Shown: piece after piece, positions 40,901 through 50,527 of the stretch
Layout of the letters: each line of letters begins with the position of its first letter
Numbering within the stretch: position 1 is the stretch's first letter
DNA from: Lingula anatina
Taxonomy: Eukaryota > Animalia > Brachiopoda
Direction: 5' to 3'
Assembly (NCBI GenBank): GCA_051362555.1
Contig: CM120645.1
Span: 11,718,001 to 11,782,000 of the forward strand
Length of the DNA stretch: 64,000 bases
Made by a program: the position numbers and the translations under genes
The notes under the pieces: model-generated
Told to the model about the DNA's origin: nothing
Seen by the model: the letters and a program-made list of their open reading frames with translations, nothing else
The model's database searches: none

Positions 40901-43900
40901 CATTGCCTATTCTATGTCATACGACGTCCATTAAAATAGATATTTTGGACCTCCATATTTTCCAAATTATCGTCTGTAAAAGAGTCACACGCTCCACCAA
41001 GGACCCTCATTTTAGTGTCTAGTCATAGCAATGGTCGCTGTTACACCTGACCTCTTCTGGCTGCTACCAGCGCTCTCAAGCGACAAAGCATTCCTTGGGA
41101 AATGTTTTTTAGAGTTCAATCTGGAATAACATTCCAGGCATAGGTCAAAACTTGTCCAATTGGGTCCAGTTTTGTTGTAGATTATGTAGACCGTTGATTC
41201 GGCGAGTAATGGCCTACCCACACATTGTCTATGTGCATGGTTCAAATATCGCGATTTTGATGACCAAGGTAGCTGCCCATTCCCTTGGTTCTGTAAATTA
41301 TCTGCTATTAAAAGTGCTCTGTGTGAACCGACAATCTCACCGTGCAACCTAAAATTGTTCCTAAGGTGCCCCCTGTCAAATGATAGTCAAGTGTTTCCCA
41401 GATTATTCTTTTATTTGATCCGGTGCAGGTTTTCGTCGATGACTACCATTGGTGTTTTGGCACCAATGTGGTATCCACTCCTAATACTGACGCTGTCAAT
41501 GACCCGTATCACTTTAGACGCGGGACACGCATCGTCGTAGGTCTCTTCTGGATGTCTGTAAACACTGTTTTGACTAGTTGGGCGGTGTAGGTGAAATCTG
41601 ACCTCAATAAAGAAAGCCACGCGGTTTCAGTGTTCTACCCAGAAACGGTCATGGTCCCCAATTCATTAAAGAAACAGACGACGATGTTTTGCTGTTTACA
41701 GTGGGTACCTCGGAGGTCGTCTGGTATTCTTACCTGCTAAAACCAGTTTGGTGTTCGCTAAGGGCCTTGAAAAACGCATTTTGGTGACAATTTGCCCCTC
41801 TTTCTGGACGGCCTGGGTGGTTTTTGTTTAGTCGCAGCAGCGTATCCCGAAAGACAGTGGGTCCTGAACCCTGGTGGTGACATTTCTATACATTGGGTGT
41901 GACCTCTGTGTAGGTACATCAGTCTGGGCATTACTCTAATAAACTGTGCGGACCGTTCCATTTAGCGCTATAATCTGTCTGGCAATGTCTGTTATTTTCG
42001 CGCCATTCTGCCACAGGTTAACAAAATTTTAAAGCACTACTTGGCTCATTTTACGCTCTGCAAAACCGACCGCTTGCATGCAAAGTTTCAAATTCTTCTA
42101 TTCAGTAGTTGCCGACATATGGATACTTTTTTGACAGAACCATGCTTTGCCAAAGCCTAGCTTTGACCAGCACAAAGAAGCACCACCCAATTAAATCACT
42201 GCATATTACATAATGCAGTAGCGCAACAGACATGGTAGTCTGACTACACACTTCTCCATTCATATATCTTATATGAGATCGGAGTTTTTTGAAAAAAGAA
42301 CGCACTGTTACCTAAGCATACCTTTAAAACTGAAATATTCCATATTAAATGTCAAGTCTGTATTTAACTGACCAGTTTCAAAAGCAAAATTTAAACAGTC
42401 TACAATTTCCTCTCCTAATTCTTTCCAGAATTTCATGTAAAATTCTGCGGAGAGCCCATCAACACCCGGGGTTTTATTCTTCTTTTTTGTAAGTTCTTTG
42501 AGTGCGTTTTTGCACTCGTTGATGGTTAGCTTTCCTTCACATGCGATTTTTAGGTCGTTTGGAATTTGGGGTATGTTTTGTTCATTGAAAAATTTGTTTG
42601 AGATTCTCTCGTTAACGGTAGTGTTCTGTGAGGTGTACAAATTTTCATAAAACTTTTCCTGTTCTTGTAGAATATCTTTATCGTTTGTTACTGTTAGTGT
42701 ATCATTAATTTCTAGTTTTGTAATTGTATTTCTGATTCGATTCCGTTTTTCCAAGTTGATAAAGTAATTTGTATTGCGTTCGCCCTTTTCGTACCATCTC
42801 ACTTTACTACGCATTATTGCACCTTCAGTTTTAGCTTCTAAGATTAAATCATATTCAGTCTTATTCATTTTCGTTTTTCTAATTCTTTAGCTTTTTCTTT
42901 ATTAAATTGATTGTCTATCTCGGCTTGTAGCACGTTGATTTTTTTCCAAATGTCTCTTTCATTTTCTCTATGTTGTTTAGATTTTTGCTTTGAAAATTTT
43001 ATTGAAAACTGCCTTATTTCCATGGTTATCATATCAAATGCTAAACCACGGTCCTCTAAGTAATTGTATCTGTTTTTTGCTTCATTAATTACAGTTTTCA
43101 TTTCGTTAATATATCTTTCGTCTCCTAGTAAAGTATTATTGTGTTTCCAAAACCCTCGCCCTCTAACTGTCACATCTTTTGTCTTTAAAAACAAAGATAT
43201 TGCATCATGATCAGTGTAAGGTGCGTACAGTATCTCCGCCTTTTCTATAAAACAATTTTCTATAAGTTAGATGTTATCCAGTAGTCTAGTCTGCAGATGT
43301 TTGATTCGGAGTTTTCCCATGTGTATCTTCTTTCTGCACCATGGAACTTTCTCCATGTGTCATTTAAATGATATTTTTTCATAATAGTTTGTATTTCATG
43401 TAACTTTATCTTTAATGTGTGTGGACAGTCCACCATGTTTATCTAGCTTGGACAATGTGCAGTTGAAGTCACCCCCTATAATTACATAATCAGATTCATA
43501 TTTAGCTAGTTCTTTATAGAGGAATCTATAAAATTCAACTTGTTCATTTATTTGATTTGGGGCATATATATTACACATAAGAAAAGTGCTCGTACCAATT
43601 TTAATTTTCACGCCTAGAAGACGACCATCCTGGTCTGTAACTGTGTCTATAATGTCATATTCTATGTTATTTTTAAATAAGATCATCACCCCATTGCTAT
43701 GCCCAGTACCATGATTATACCAAACCTTTCCACCCCACTGAGCGCGCCATAATTTTTCGACTTTCTGCGAGCTGTAGGTTTCTTGTAGGAGGAAAACATT
43801 TTCAGGCCTTTCATGTAACCACCTAAATACTCCCTTTCTTTTTTTAAAATTATTTAGCCCCCGGACATTTAAGGATAATATACTAAAATCAAAACTCATA

Positions 43901-46900
43901 ATGGATTGACAGACATAACGTTTTCGTTGATATATATGTATGTACGACATCGTTTAACAAACAGACATGTACCACGTGCACACTTTTACTTTCGTACACA
44001 ATCTCAGTCTTACGCACGGCCATTATCCACTTACTCACCTCATTTAAACACAAACATCTATGCACTCACACAATATACTACATATAGGAAAACGCACATG
44101 GGAGAGCGTTCAGTTTTGTGCGACAATTGGTTTTATGTGCAAAATTAAAGCAAGAGGAAAATGGAAAAGGAGGAATAAAGTTCATGCTCAAGCGTTTCTT
44201 ATCTTTAAATTAATATCATCGTGCAGGTCAAATTTCACCCTTTTTGTGCTGTCTTTCGACCGACCATAGACTGACCCATTAAAGTACCATGCTTAATCAA
44301 TAGAGGTTGTCCGGGTTCTCAACGAGAAGACCACATTTCCCCGTGATTTTACGAGATCTGCCTTGAGGTGGGGTTAAAATATGGAGACCACAAGGAAGTA
44401 GAGCAGCGATTTCTTTACTTGAAAAATAGCTGAACTTCCAAAATTTTTGAGCTACAGGCTTGTTCTTTTTTCACTTTATAAAGAAAAAGTATTGATATAA
44501 TATGTACGTACAACTGACGTGAGATTCATTTGCAACCTTTTTGTCACTTTATGGGAGTGGCATGACTGTTTTGCTTTCAATGAGATCAATGTTGAGAGTA
44601 GGTCCATGTACATTCTACAAGCATTGGACATTTGTAAGTAACATAATCCAGTGCTGTCAAGGGCTTAATTGCTTCATTTTTAGGTTATCATAATTACTAC
44701 ATTTAAATTGTTAACTCCAGCTTATTGCAATATGAAATTTCCTACTGGCAATGGCAGATTTTAACCCCACCTCTCGTGAAATCTCGCTCCAATCCAGATC
44801 TCGTTTGACGTCATCTGCTGCGCAGATGTTCAAAAAAGGCTATCTCGGATGTTCCCTATTTCAGGGTGGCTAACGAGGCGCTGGATAAGTTGCGCGTTCT
44901 TTTTTGTGACGTCATCTGCCTGTCTCAAGTTTTGCCTCGAAGTTTTCATTGCCCTTCTGCACCTCATGATTTTGGCTTTTGTCTCCGTGTTATTCACTCG
45001 TAAAATTATAGGTCTCGGTTGTTGTGTTTTTGCCCCAGGTATACGATGTACTGCTAGAATGTCATCATCCCGGAGTACTTCCTTCAGTGTGTCGCGTACG
45101 ACGGACTTGGTGTTCTCCTTTGTCTCTTCCTTTATCCCGTAGATTTTAATATTGTTCTTACGAGAATACTGTTCGTTGTAGTTTGATCGGTTGTCCGCCT
45201 CAAGACTCAGTTTTGTGAGATCTTTTATCTCCTCTTTCAATTTAAGTAAATCTTTGTCTTTCCTTGCAATGTTTTCTGTAAGGTTTTTATTTTCAAATTC
45301 CAGGAAGTCTAATTTCTCTCGCATATTGTTGATTTGTGAACCCATTTCTTCTTTCATTTCTTTTAACATTTCTGTAACTAAGGTGGTTACTAGTTCTTTC
45401 AGTTCGTCTTTGTTTATCATGTCTTTCATATAAGATTTTATTTCTTCTAGTTCCGCTAAGATAATGCTGTTATTTTCTTCAGCACTTGTATTGGAGACTT
45501 CGCTGTGCGTACGTTTGGGTGTAGGCTCACCCTTTTTAGTGTTTTTTGTGTGTTTGGATGACATGCTGAAAGGTTGACAGCACTGCGTGAAATTTAATGT
45601 AGTCAGTATGTATCATCCACTATGCGACGTTCGCGCAGACTATGTCTATGTGATAAGGTTAAAAAATATCAGTTATTCACCTTATTTGTACTTTCTCCAC
45701 CCGAGCAGCTCGTTCACGGATGTGCACTTGTTCAGAATGTACCACATCAGACGTTGGGTTCACTTGTTTATGTCAAGAAAGACCAATTTATGTCCCGTGT
45801 CCTACAGTTCGTGTCAATCTCTGCGCCATCTTGTCTCCATCCCCAATAACGACGTTTGCGACAACCGACTTCTTTGGGGGTGATTTTTTTTCGGAGAACG
45901 GACGAAAATCGGTGCGCGCGCAGGATGTCATCCATAAAAATAAAAAAAAAAGTGTGGCCTAAGTAAAGTATCTTAGTAGCAGTACAGAAGTGCAGGGTAA
46001 ATACAACCATATGATAACTGGTTGTAGAATTTCACGTAGTTTAAAACATTAAACACAGAAAACAGAATCCAGCTAGCAGTTGTTGACAGGTAGTAATGAT
46101 CGGTAAAGTCAAATATTCACTTTATGCCCTCATTTGACAATCCGTTTCTTTCAAGGGTATTGAAGCTTCTGTGAGTTTATACAAAATACCTTGATGTATC
46201 TTCCTAACTGTAGAATGTTCTTAAATCAATTTGGATATCAATACACTGACTTAAAGTTAAAATCTATAATATACCTTATTACTATGATCTACAAATATGT
46301 ACCATAGTCATGTTGAATGAATGGGAGTACTGTTTCATTTTGAGGTAGAACTGGGAACGCAGCAGCTTTCGTGGGAGCTTCCTTTGGCTTGGGAACTGGT
46401 GATATCTATTTTTCCGAGGTTCAGTGCACTGGGAATGAGAATACTCTTGTTGATTGCCCAAAAATATCCCTCGGCTCTCACACCTGCACACATTTTGAAG
46501 ATGCCGGTGTTAACTGTTGCGGACCAGATGGTACATGGGGACCGACTGGGACAGGGGGTCCACCAGGCACCGGTGGACCCCTGAGCCCTGGTGGACCTGG
46601 CACTGAAGGACCACCGGGTACAGATGGTCCACCTGGCACGAGTAGTCCTCCAGGAACAGGTGGCCCTCTTGGTACTAATGGACCTCCAGGTACTAATGGA
46701 CCCCAAGGTACAGGAGGGCCACCGGGTAAAAGTGGGCCACCAGGCACAGGAGGGCCACCGGGTACAAGTGGACCACCAGCTACAGGTGCCCCCCCAGGCA
46801 CTGGCAGTGGACAGGGCACTGGTGGACCTCCAGGAACAGGTGCTCCTCCAGGAACCAATGGTCAATCAGGTACAGGTGGACCAACAGGAACAGGTGGACC

Positions 46901-48608
46901 ACCGAGTACAGGCGGACCCCCTGGGACGAGTGGTCCACAAGAAACAGGTGGCCCTCCTGGTTTTGAAGGCCCCCCAGGGACAGGAGCCTCCACAGGAACA
47001 GCAGGACCTCCAGGAACTGGAGGCCCACCGGGGACGAGTGGGCACCCAGGCACAGGAGGGCCACAAGGGAGTGGAGGAATGAACGGCACTAGTGGCCCTC
47101 CAGGCATAGGAGGACCGCCAGGAACAGCTGGTCAACCGGGAACAGGTGGCCCTCCTGGCACAGATGGGCCTTTAGGAACGGGAGGACCGCCGGGACTAGT
47201 TGGTAGTTCTGGCACATCTGGGCCTCCCGGGACTAGAGGGCCTGCAGGGGCCAGTGGACCTCGAGGGACGGGCGGTCCGCCAGGAAGGGGAGGACCACGT
47301 GGCTATGGTGGCCCACCTGGCACCAGTGGGACTGTGGGAACAGGCGGACCACCAGGTACAGAGGGACCTTTGGGATTGAGTGGGACAGGCGGTCCGCCAG
47401 GAACTGCCGGACAGAAAGGTTGGCAATACCCATTGTCAGAGACATCACATTGAGTCTTTATGACATCACTTAGCAACCAAAATAAACAAACCCCATATAT
47501 ATATGATAAAAAGAACAGCAGCTATTTTGCCCCGACCGGTTCCATTGCATCTTCATTTGATTGTTGCTTTTACCATTGCTTTAGGATCTGCTTTTACCTG
47601 TTTAATGTAGGTTTTAACTTATGGATAAAGAAATTTCCTTTAATTTCCCTTTCTTTCTGTTTGGGTTGTTTCACTAGTGAATTTATAAAATGGGAATTCC
47701 CTTTTGTCAAAAAAGATGTGGGTAGGCTTTCTTTTAAAAATGTAACGAAATGCATACAACTAATCATTACTATTCGTAATTAGGTAATGGTATTTATATT
47801 CTATATTACTTTCTTATATTACTTTAAGGGTGTTCATCTCTTCTTTACAGGCCAGAGTGGTACCCAAGGACGACCTGGTGACGTTAAAGGACAAAAAGGA
47901 GATAAAGGGGTGCACGGATTCCAAGGGAATTTTGGCAACAAGGGCGAGGCTGGCATAATGGGTATAAAGGGAGAGAAAGGAAATAAAGGGTTACCCGCCA
48001 GAGGAATGACAGGACAGAAAGGTGACTCCATGGTTATGATTCGGATGCGGCAGCAAACTACAGTCCCTCAAACTACCTTCACTAATGGTGCTGTCTTCAT
48101 CGGAACGTCGTCCACGGGGTTTAGAACTGATACTGGCCTCACTGGTGCCGTTTTGCCTTCGGATACTTTCGTTAGCCTGTGGGGATCCATTGGAATGGAT
48201 TCAGTCGGTATGTTCTATGATTTTATTTACCCATTCGTTCATTCATGTATTTTTTGTCTATATATTGCAATTGCGGTACTTCAGAAAATTACGTTTGGTG
48301 TCCTAATGATTTATGATAGAGCTAATACTGAAGACTTTACTATATCCTTTCCGTTAGATTTCAAAATTACCGATACAGATTGTATGCTTATAACATTTTT
48401 CCAGTTATTTTTTTTAACTCATGCAGAATCTGCTGGAGCGATATTGGAAGGAAAACTGTATACAGCAGAATGCCGAATGGTGATACTTGGTACGATAATA
48501 GCCCTCATGGCAGTTGGCACTGTAGCCATCTACGCGGTATACTTTTGCCAGCGACACAGAGAGAAACTCCTTATAGCTGCTCTTAGACAAAAATTATCAA
48601 CCATTTGA
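13830..48608 (+). CDS. Predicted type I membrane protein: signal peptide - somatomedin B - SRCR - collagen-like - TM; join(13830..14070,15486..15633,46349..47418,47851..48207,48427..48608), about 665 aa
   Basis: All four introns are GT-AG with matching phases (1,2,1,1). Exon lengths 241+148+1070+357+182 = 1998 nt, an open frame ending in TGA at 48606-48608. The two SRCR halves join seamlessly (…VVCRMLGWP|[26 protein letters not shown]…). Confidence 0.8.
14251..14303. repeat. (TA)n microsatellite
   Basis: Pure TA run. Confidence 0.95.
14478..15145 (+). mobile_element. Non-autonomous DNA transposon with 8-bp TSD carrying a RecQ-like helicase remnant (AcademH-like)
   Basis: CCTAATGC|CACCCTGAGCTTCAGAGCTAACTTGACAC... 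with ~77-bp TIRs ...|CCTAATGC. 14849-14938 translates [30 protein letters not shown] (RecQ/SF2 motif I). Confidence 0.75.
15486..15633 (+). CDS. Receptor exon 2: N-terminal half of SRCR domain
   Basis: TTCAG|GT CAA... reads [49 protein letters not shown]; donor CC|GTGAGT (phase 2). Missed by the ORF track. Confidence 0.92.
16689..18411 (+). pseudogene. Harbinger Myb/SANT-like DNA-binding protein gene, multi-exon, truncated
   Basis: Exons 16689-16852 ([26 protein letters not shown]...EIWKRITQK), 17176-17338 (INSVS...EVRKKWYDY...RRTGGGP) and 17442- ([13 protein letters not shown], in-frame TGA at 17508). Several AG/GT-bounded micro-exons follow (~17667, ~17897, ~18113, ~18391). Confidence 0.8.
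18410..20137 (-). pseudogene. Harbinger (HARBI1-like) DDE transposase, spliced and disrupted
   Basis: Exon ~20137-19595 has RYRLS...ALSP, ATGSFQ and [12 protein letters not shown]...NVQAVCD, with a stop and frameshifts. Exon 18996-18736 has [15 protein letters not shown] and [13 protein letters not shown] third exon starts RCLH at 18434 and is cut off by a deletion. Confidence 0.88.
20303..23602. mobile_element. Non-autonomous Harbinger derivative, copy A (CTG TSD), containing a Tc1 insertion
   Basis: CTG|GGCCGGCTTTCACGAAACG ... CGTTTCGTGAAAGCCGGCC|CTG. Colinear with copy B. Its last ~210 bp are the reverse complement of the left end of the 16455 element. Confidence 0.9.
21384..22699 (-). 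mobile_element. Tc1/mariner-type element with TA TSD, degenerate transposase
   Basis: TA|CACTGATGCTCATAAGTTAAGCAACAC ... GTGTTGCTTAACTTATGAGCATCAGTG|TA. Minus-strand [17 protein letters not shown]...IEHA and [24 protein letters not shown]. Absent at the homologous site of copy B (~24711). Confidence 0.9.
23606..25535. mobile_element. Non-autonomous Harbinger derivative, copy B (CTG TSD), tandem to copy A
   Basis: CTG|GGCCGGCTTTCACG ... CGTGAAAGCCGGCC|CTG; shares the CTG at 23603-23605 with copy A. Confidence 0.9.
25752..32277 (-). mobile_element. L1/Tx1-type LINE A, decayed (ORF1 fragment, endonuclease, RT), interrupted by a Helentron-type element
   Basis: ORF1 start [10 protein letters not shown]...[17 protein letters not shown] motifs [26 protein letters not shown] and SDHS. 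RT motifs [24 protein letters not shown] and SQYADD. T11 run at 25752 is the likely poly(A). Many frameshifts; 5' end not located. Confidence 0.85.
27711..30143 (+). mobile_element. Helentron-associated non-autonomous element (HINE/DINE-1/pearl-like) with ~161-bp internal tandem repeats
   Basis: 5' TTTTATGTACAGACAC...GTGTCT.TACAT inverted pair, then a (CGT/CGC)n microsatellite and 5-6 units of ~161 bp (27800-28750). 3' end GTCTGTACAT + GACAGCTTTGCTGCC hairpin + TTGTT. Inserted in a T-run; the LINE A frame resumes on both sides. Confidence 0.85.
33272..33382 (+). pseudogene. tRNA-derived SINE-like fragment with A-tail
   Basis: GGCCGGATAGCTCAG (A box) ... GGTTCGAGCCC (B box). The anticodon stem does not pair. 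Followed by an A19 run. Confidence 0.65.
33689..34072. repeat. Two-copy ~190-bp tandem duplication in the LINE B 3' UTR
   Basis: ACATATATAATGAAATATTTA.ACAGATAATCAAAGATT...TGCTTGTTGTGA.CTACATA.CGGCAACTATA occurs twice. Confidence 0.8.
37882..37950. repeat. (TA)n microsatellite
   Basis: Pure TA run. Confidence 0.95.
37997..38183 (+). mobile_element. Miniature Helentron-type element of a second family nested in the larger HINE
   Basis: 5' TTACCTCTGCCAAGGAGGTTAT, subterminal inverse CCTTGGCAGAGGT, degenerate hairpin and CTAGTT end. Confidence 0.7.
40716..42360 (-). mobile_element. Tc1/mariner-type element, both TIRs, TA TSD, inserted in LINE B RT
   Basis: TA|CAGACTTGACATTTAATATGGAATATTT ... 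AAATATTCCATATTAAATGTCAAGTCTG|TA. Removing it restores ETGQLN|[14 protein letters not shown]. Decayed transposase traces. Confidence 0.92.
44302..44857. mobile_element. ISL2EU-like MITE with AT TSD inserted in LINE B ORF1
   Basis: AT|AGAGGTTGTCCGGG ... CTCGGATGTTCCCT|AT, with subterminal inverted GAGGTGGGGTTAAAAT. Removing it restores ORF1 ...[15 protein letters not shown]...KFDLHDDI. Confidence 0.8.
46349..47418 (+). CDS. Receptor exon 3: C-terminal half of SRCR + (GPP-GTG)n collagen-like region
   Basis: Acceptor TTTCATTTTGAGGTAG|A (phase 2). [27 protein letters not shown]...[11 protein letters not shown], then about 300 aa of Gly-X-Y from 46521. Donor AAG|GTTGGC. Confidence 0.9.
47851..48207 (+). 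CDS. Receptor exon 4: Lys-rich Gly-X-Y segment + Thr/Ser-rich stalk
   Basis: TTTACAG|GC CAG...; GQKGDKG...[10 protein letters not shown]; donor G|GTATGT at 48208. Confidence 0.85.
48427..48608 (+). CDS. Receptor exon 5: transmembrane helix and short basic cytoplasmic tail
   Basis: T-rich...ATGCAG|AA TCT; [23 protein letters not shown] followed by QRHREK (positive-inside) and a stop. Confidence 0.8.
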
Positions 48609-50026
48609 TGCCAGTGTAATACTGGGTGCTTTTGGATTGCGACAGACTTAGCAGCTTAAGACATGTTCGATGCTGTTTTTCTCGTTCAAAATTATCGATC
48701 ACACAGAGGCTTGAGTTTAGTGATTTATAAAGGACGAATTTTTACTGAGAATGGTGTTAATCCAAGACTCATTAAATGATAACTGTTGTTTGATGTTTTT
48801 TTCCTTCTTCTGCTTCCGCTTAGAATATGCATCGTATTTTGCTTTATATTCATAAATTTTGGAACATATAACATTAAACACATACAGGAATTATTAGGAA
48901 AGCGGCACTTGACTTCACAGAGTTGGGAAAGCATGCTGCGATCCTGAATATGCGGTTAAACAGTGAAATCGCCTATTGTGTGCACGATTTCCGTTTATTC
49001 ATAAAGCTGGGGAAATGTGACAATAAACACATGTAAAAATTATCCGGGAAGAGTACACTTTACTTCATAGAGTTGGTAAAGCAAGCTGCCATCCTGAATT
49101 TGCGGTTAAACAGCAATGGAATAAAGTTTTTTTCGTGAGTTACGCGCAGAAAAGTGGGGACCGGGTATAGCTAATTAAATTAGTTTCATTTGATATTCAT
49201 GTGGGTAAACTTGGTGACATTTGGTGGTGTCTTTTCAATTTAATGGGCATTTCTTTATCTCTGTGGAAATGACAGCGAAACGTCAAGGGGTACATGTAAT
49301 AAATATAAATAAATGGTATTAAATACTGATATCTTCAGCGCTACTGAGTAGTTTGTATTTTCTGTACCACTTATCATTTTAGTTATGGTTTCTGGAATGA
49401 AAATCACCATACATAGCAATTAACTCCTGTGATGTGATCATTTATAAATAAAAGCGCATGAAGCTGGGGGTGGGACAACCTTTTTGACCAATGTTGTATA
49501 TTATCAACACACTTTCCGGTAATCTCAAAAACTCGGACTGCTATCAAGTTTGGTTCATTATTAGACTGCAAAAGTATTTGCAGTCTATATTCGTTGTCAG
49601 AGCGTTTTGGAAGCATATGGTTGTGCGGGCAGGCTGGCACGTTATATGGCTTGTGTGCCCTGGACATGGTTAAAACGGAAGAGGCTGTTGAACGGCAGCC
49701 ATTACCTCGTCGATGAAACACGCAAATTCGACGTTTTTGACGTGAAAATCGTTTTTTTAAAACGAGGTAGGTGTTACAAGGGGGTAAATGCATGCACCAT
49801 ATGGCAGACGGTTGCTTCGTTTAGGCCATTGGGACGTTAAATTTGCAGTTATTAGTGTTTAAGCGCGGCCTCGAAAGGAAACATTATTGACCCATTACAG
49901 TGACGTCATATTTGCTCCGTAACACTAGTTCCGCAGCCTTGTTGGAGGGAAAGAATGATGGGGAATAGTAGCGGCATTATAGGTGAACCAAATAGAATAA
50001 AATAACCTTCATATCGCGATCAAGTA

Positions 50027-50527
50027 CATCAAAGGGAAAAGGATATATACAAGTGGAAGCTTCAGCTGATCAGCGGGATCGACCGAACTCAAGACAGTCT
50101 AAAGACCTGAAATCCTACCAAATGTTACTTATCCAACATCGTGTTGTCATCGGATAGTTCATTTATCTTGTACTTCATTTTTCTTGTTCATTGGGTAATA
50201 ACAGTTATAGTTTGAGAGAGTTTAATGTGTAATCATAAGTTTAACCTTTCATAAAAGCAACTTTTTTCATCAAGGATAGATATAAGGAGAGATTTGAGCT
50301 GATAATCGGGATCATCCCTTTTGGACTCAAGGAAGAATGTATGCAGGATTGTCTTATGACATGAAATATTGCTGTCAGATATGACTTATCTCTACATCGT
50401 GAAGCTGTCAGAAATTATTTCAGCATTCTTGTACTTCATTTTGGCTATTTAGAAAGTACATGTAACATGACTATTGTTTGAGAGAGTTTAATATTTCACC
50501 ATGAATGCAACCATTCATATAAGCAAC
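50027..50527. repeat. Old degenerate two-copy tandem duplication (~250 bp)
   Basis: Shared blocks in the same order: AGCTGAT..CGGGATC, ACTCAAG, ACATCGTG, TCTTGTACTTCATTTT, GTTTGAGAGAGTTTAAT, AAGCAAC. Confidence 0.7.

Larger units (their letters stand above)
33648..45843 (-). mobile_element. Full-length L1/Tx1-type LINE B with 14-bp TSD, carrying three nested insertions
   Basis: TSD CAATAACGACGTTT at 33634-33647 and 45844-45857. 5' end GGGATGGAGACAAGATGGCG; 3' AATAAA + A-run. ORF1 45564-44188. ORF2 has APE ([26 protein letters not shown]), RT ([27 protein letters not shown]) and a C-terminal CxxC...H...C, ending at 34093. Confidence 0.93.
32657..45959. mobile_element. Zator-like non-autonomous element (about 1.1 kb of own sequence) split by LINE B
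   Basis: TAA|GGCCACACTTTTTTTATTTTTATGGATGTCATCCT ... AGGATGTCATCCATAAAAATAAAAAAAAAAGTGTGGCC|TAA. GG..CC ends with a TWA TSD fit Zator; Harbinger is not excluded. Confidence 0.75.

Noticed and set aside
46282-47448. Multiple overlapping and antisense ORFs over the collagen-like exon
   Set aside because: By-products of a GC-rich 18-bp repeat lacking stops; only the Gly-X-Y frame joins the SRCR and has splice support.
47787-47850. ORF-track N-terminal extensions (47787, 57696, 59352) as real starts
   Set aside because: They lie in introns upstream of clear polypyrimidine-AG acceptors.
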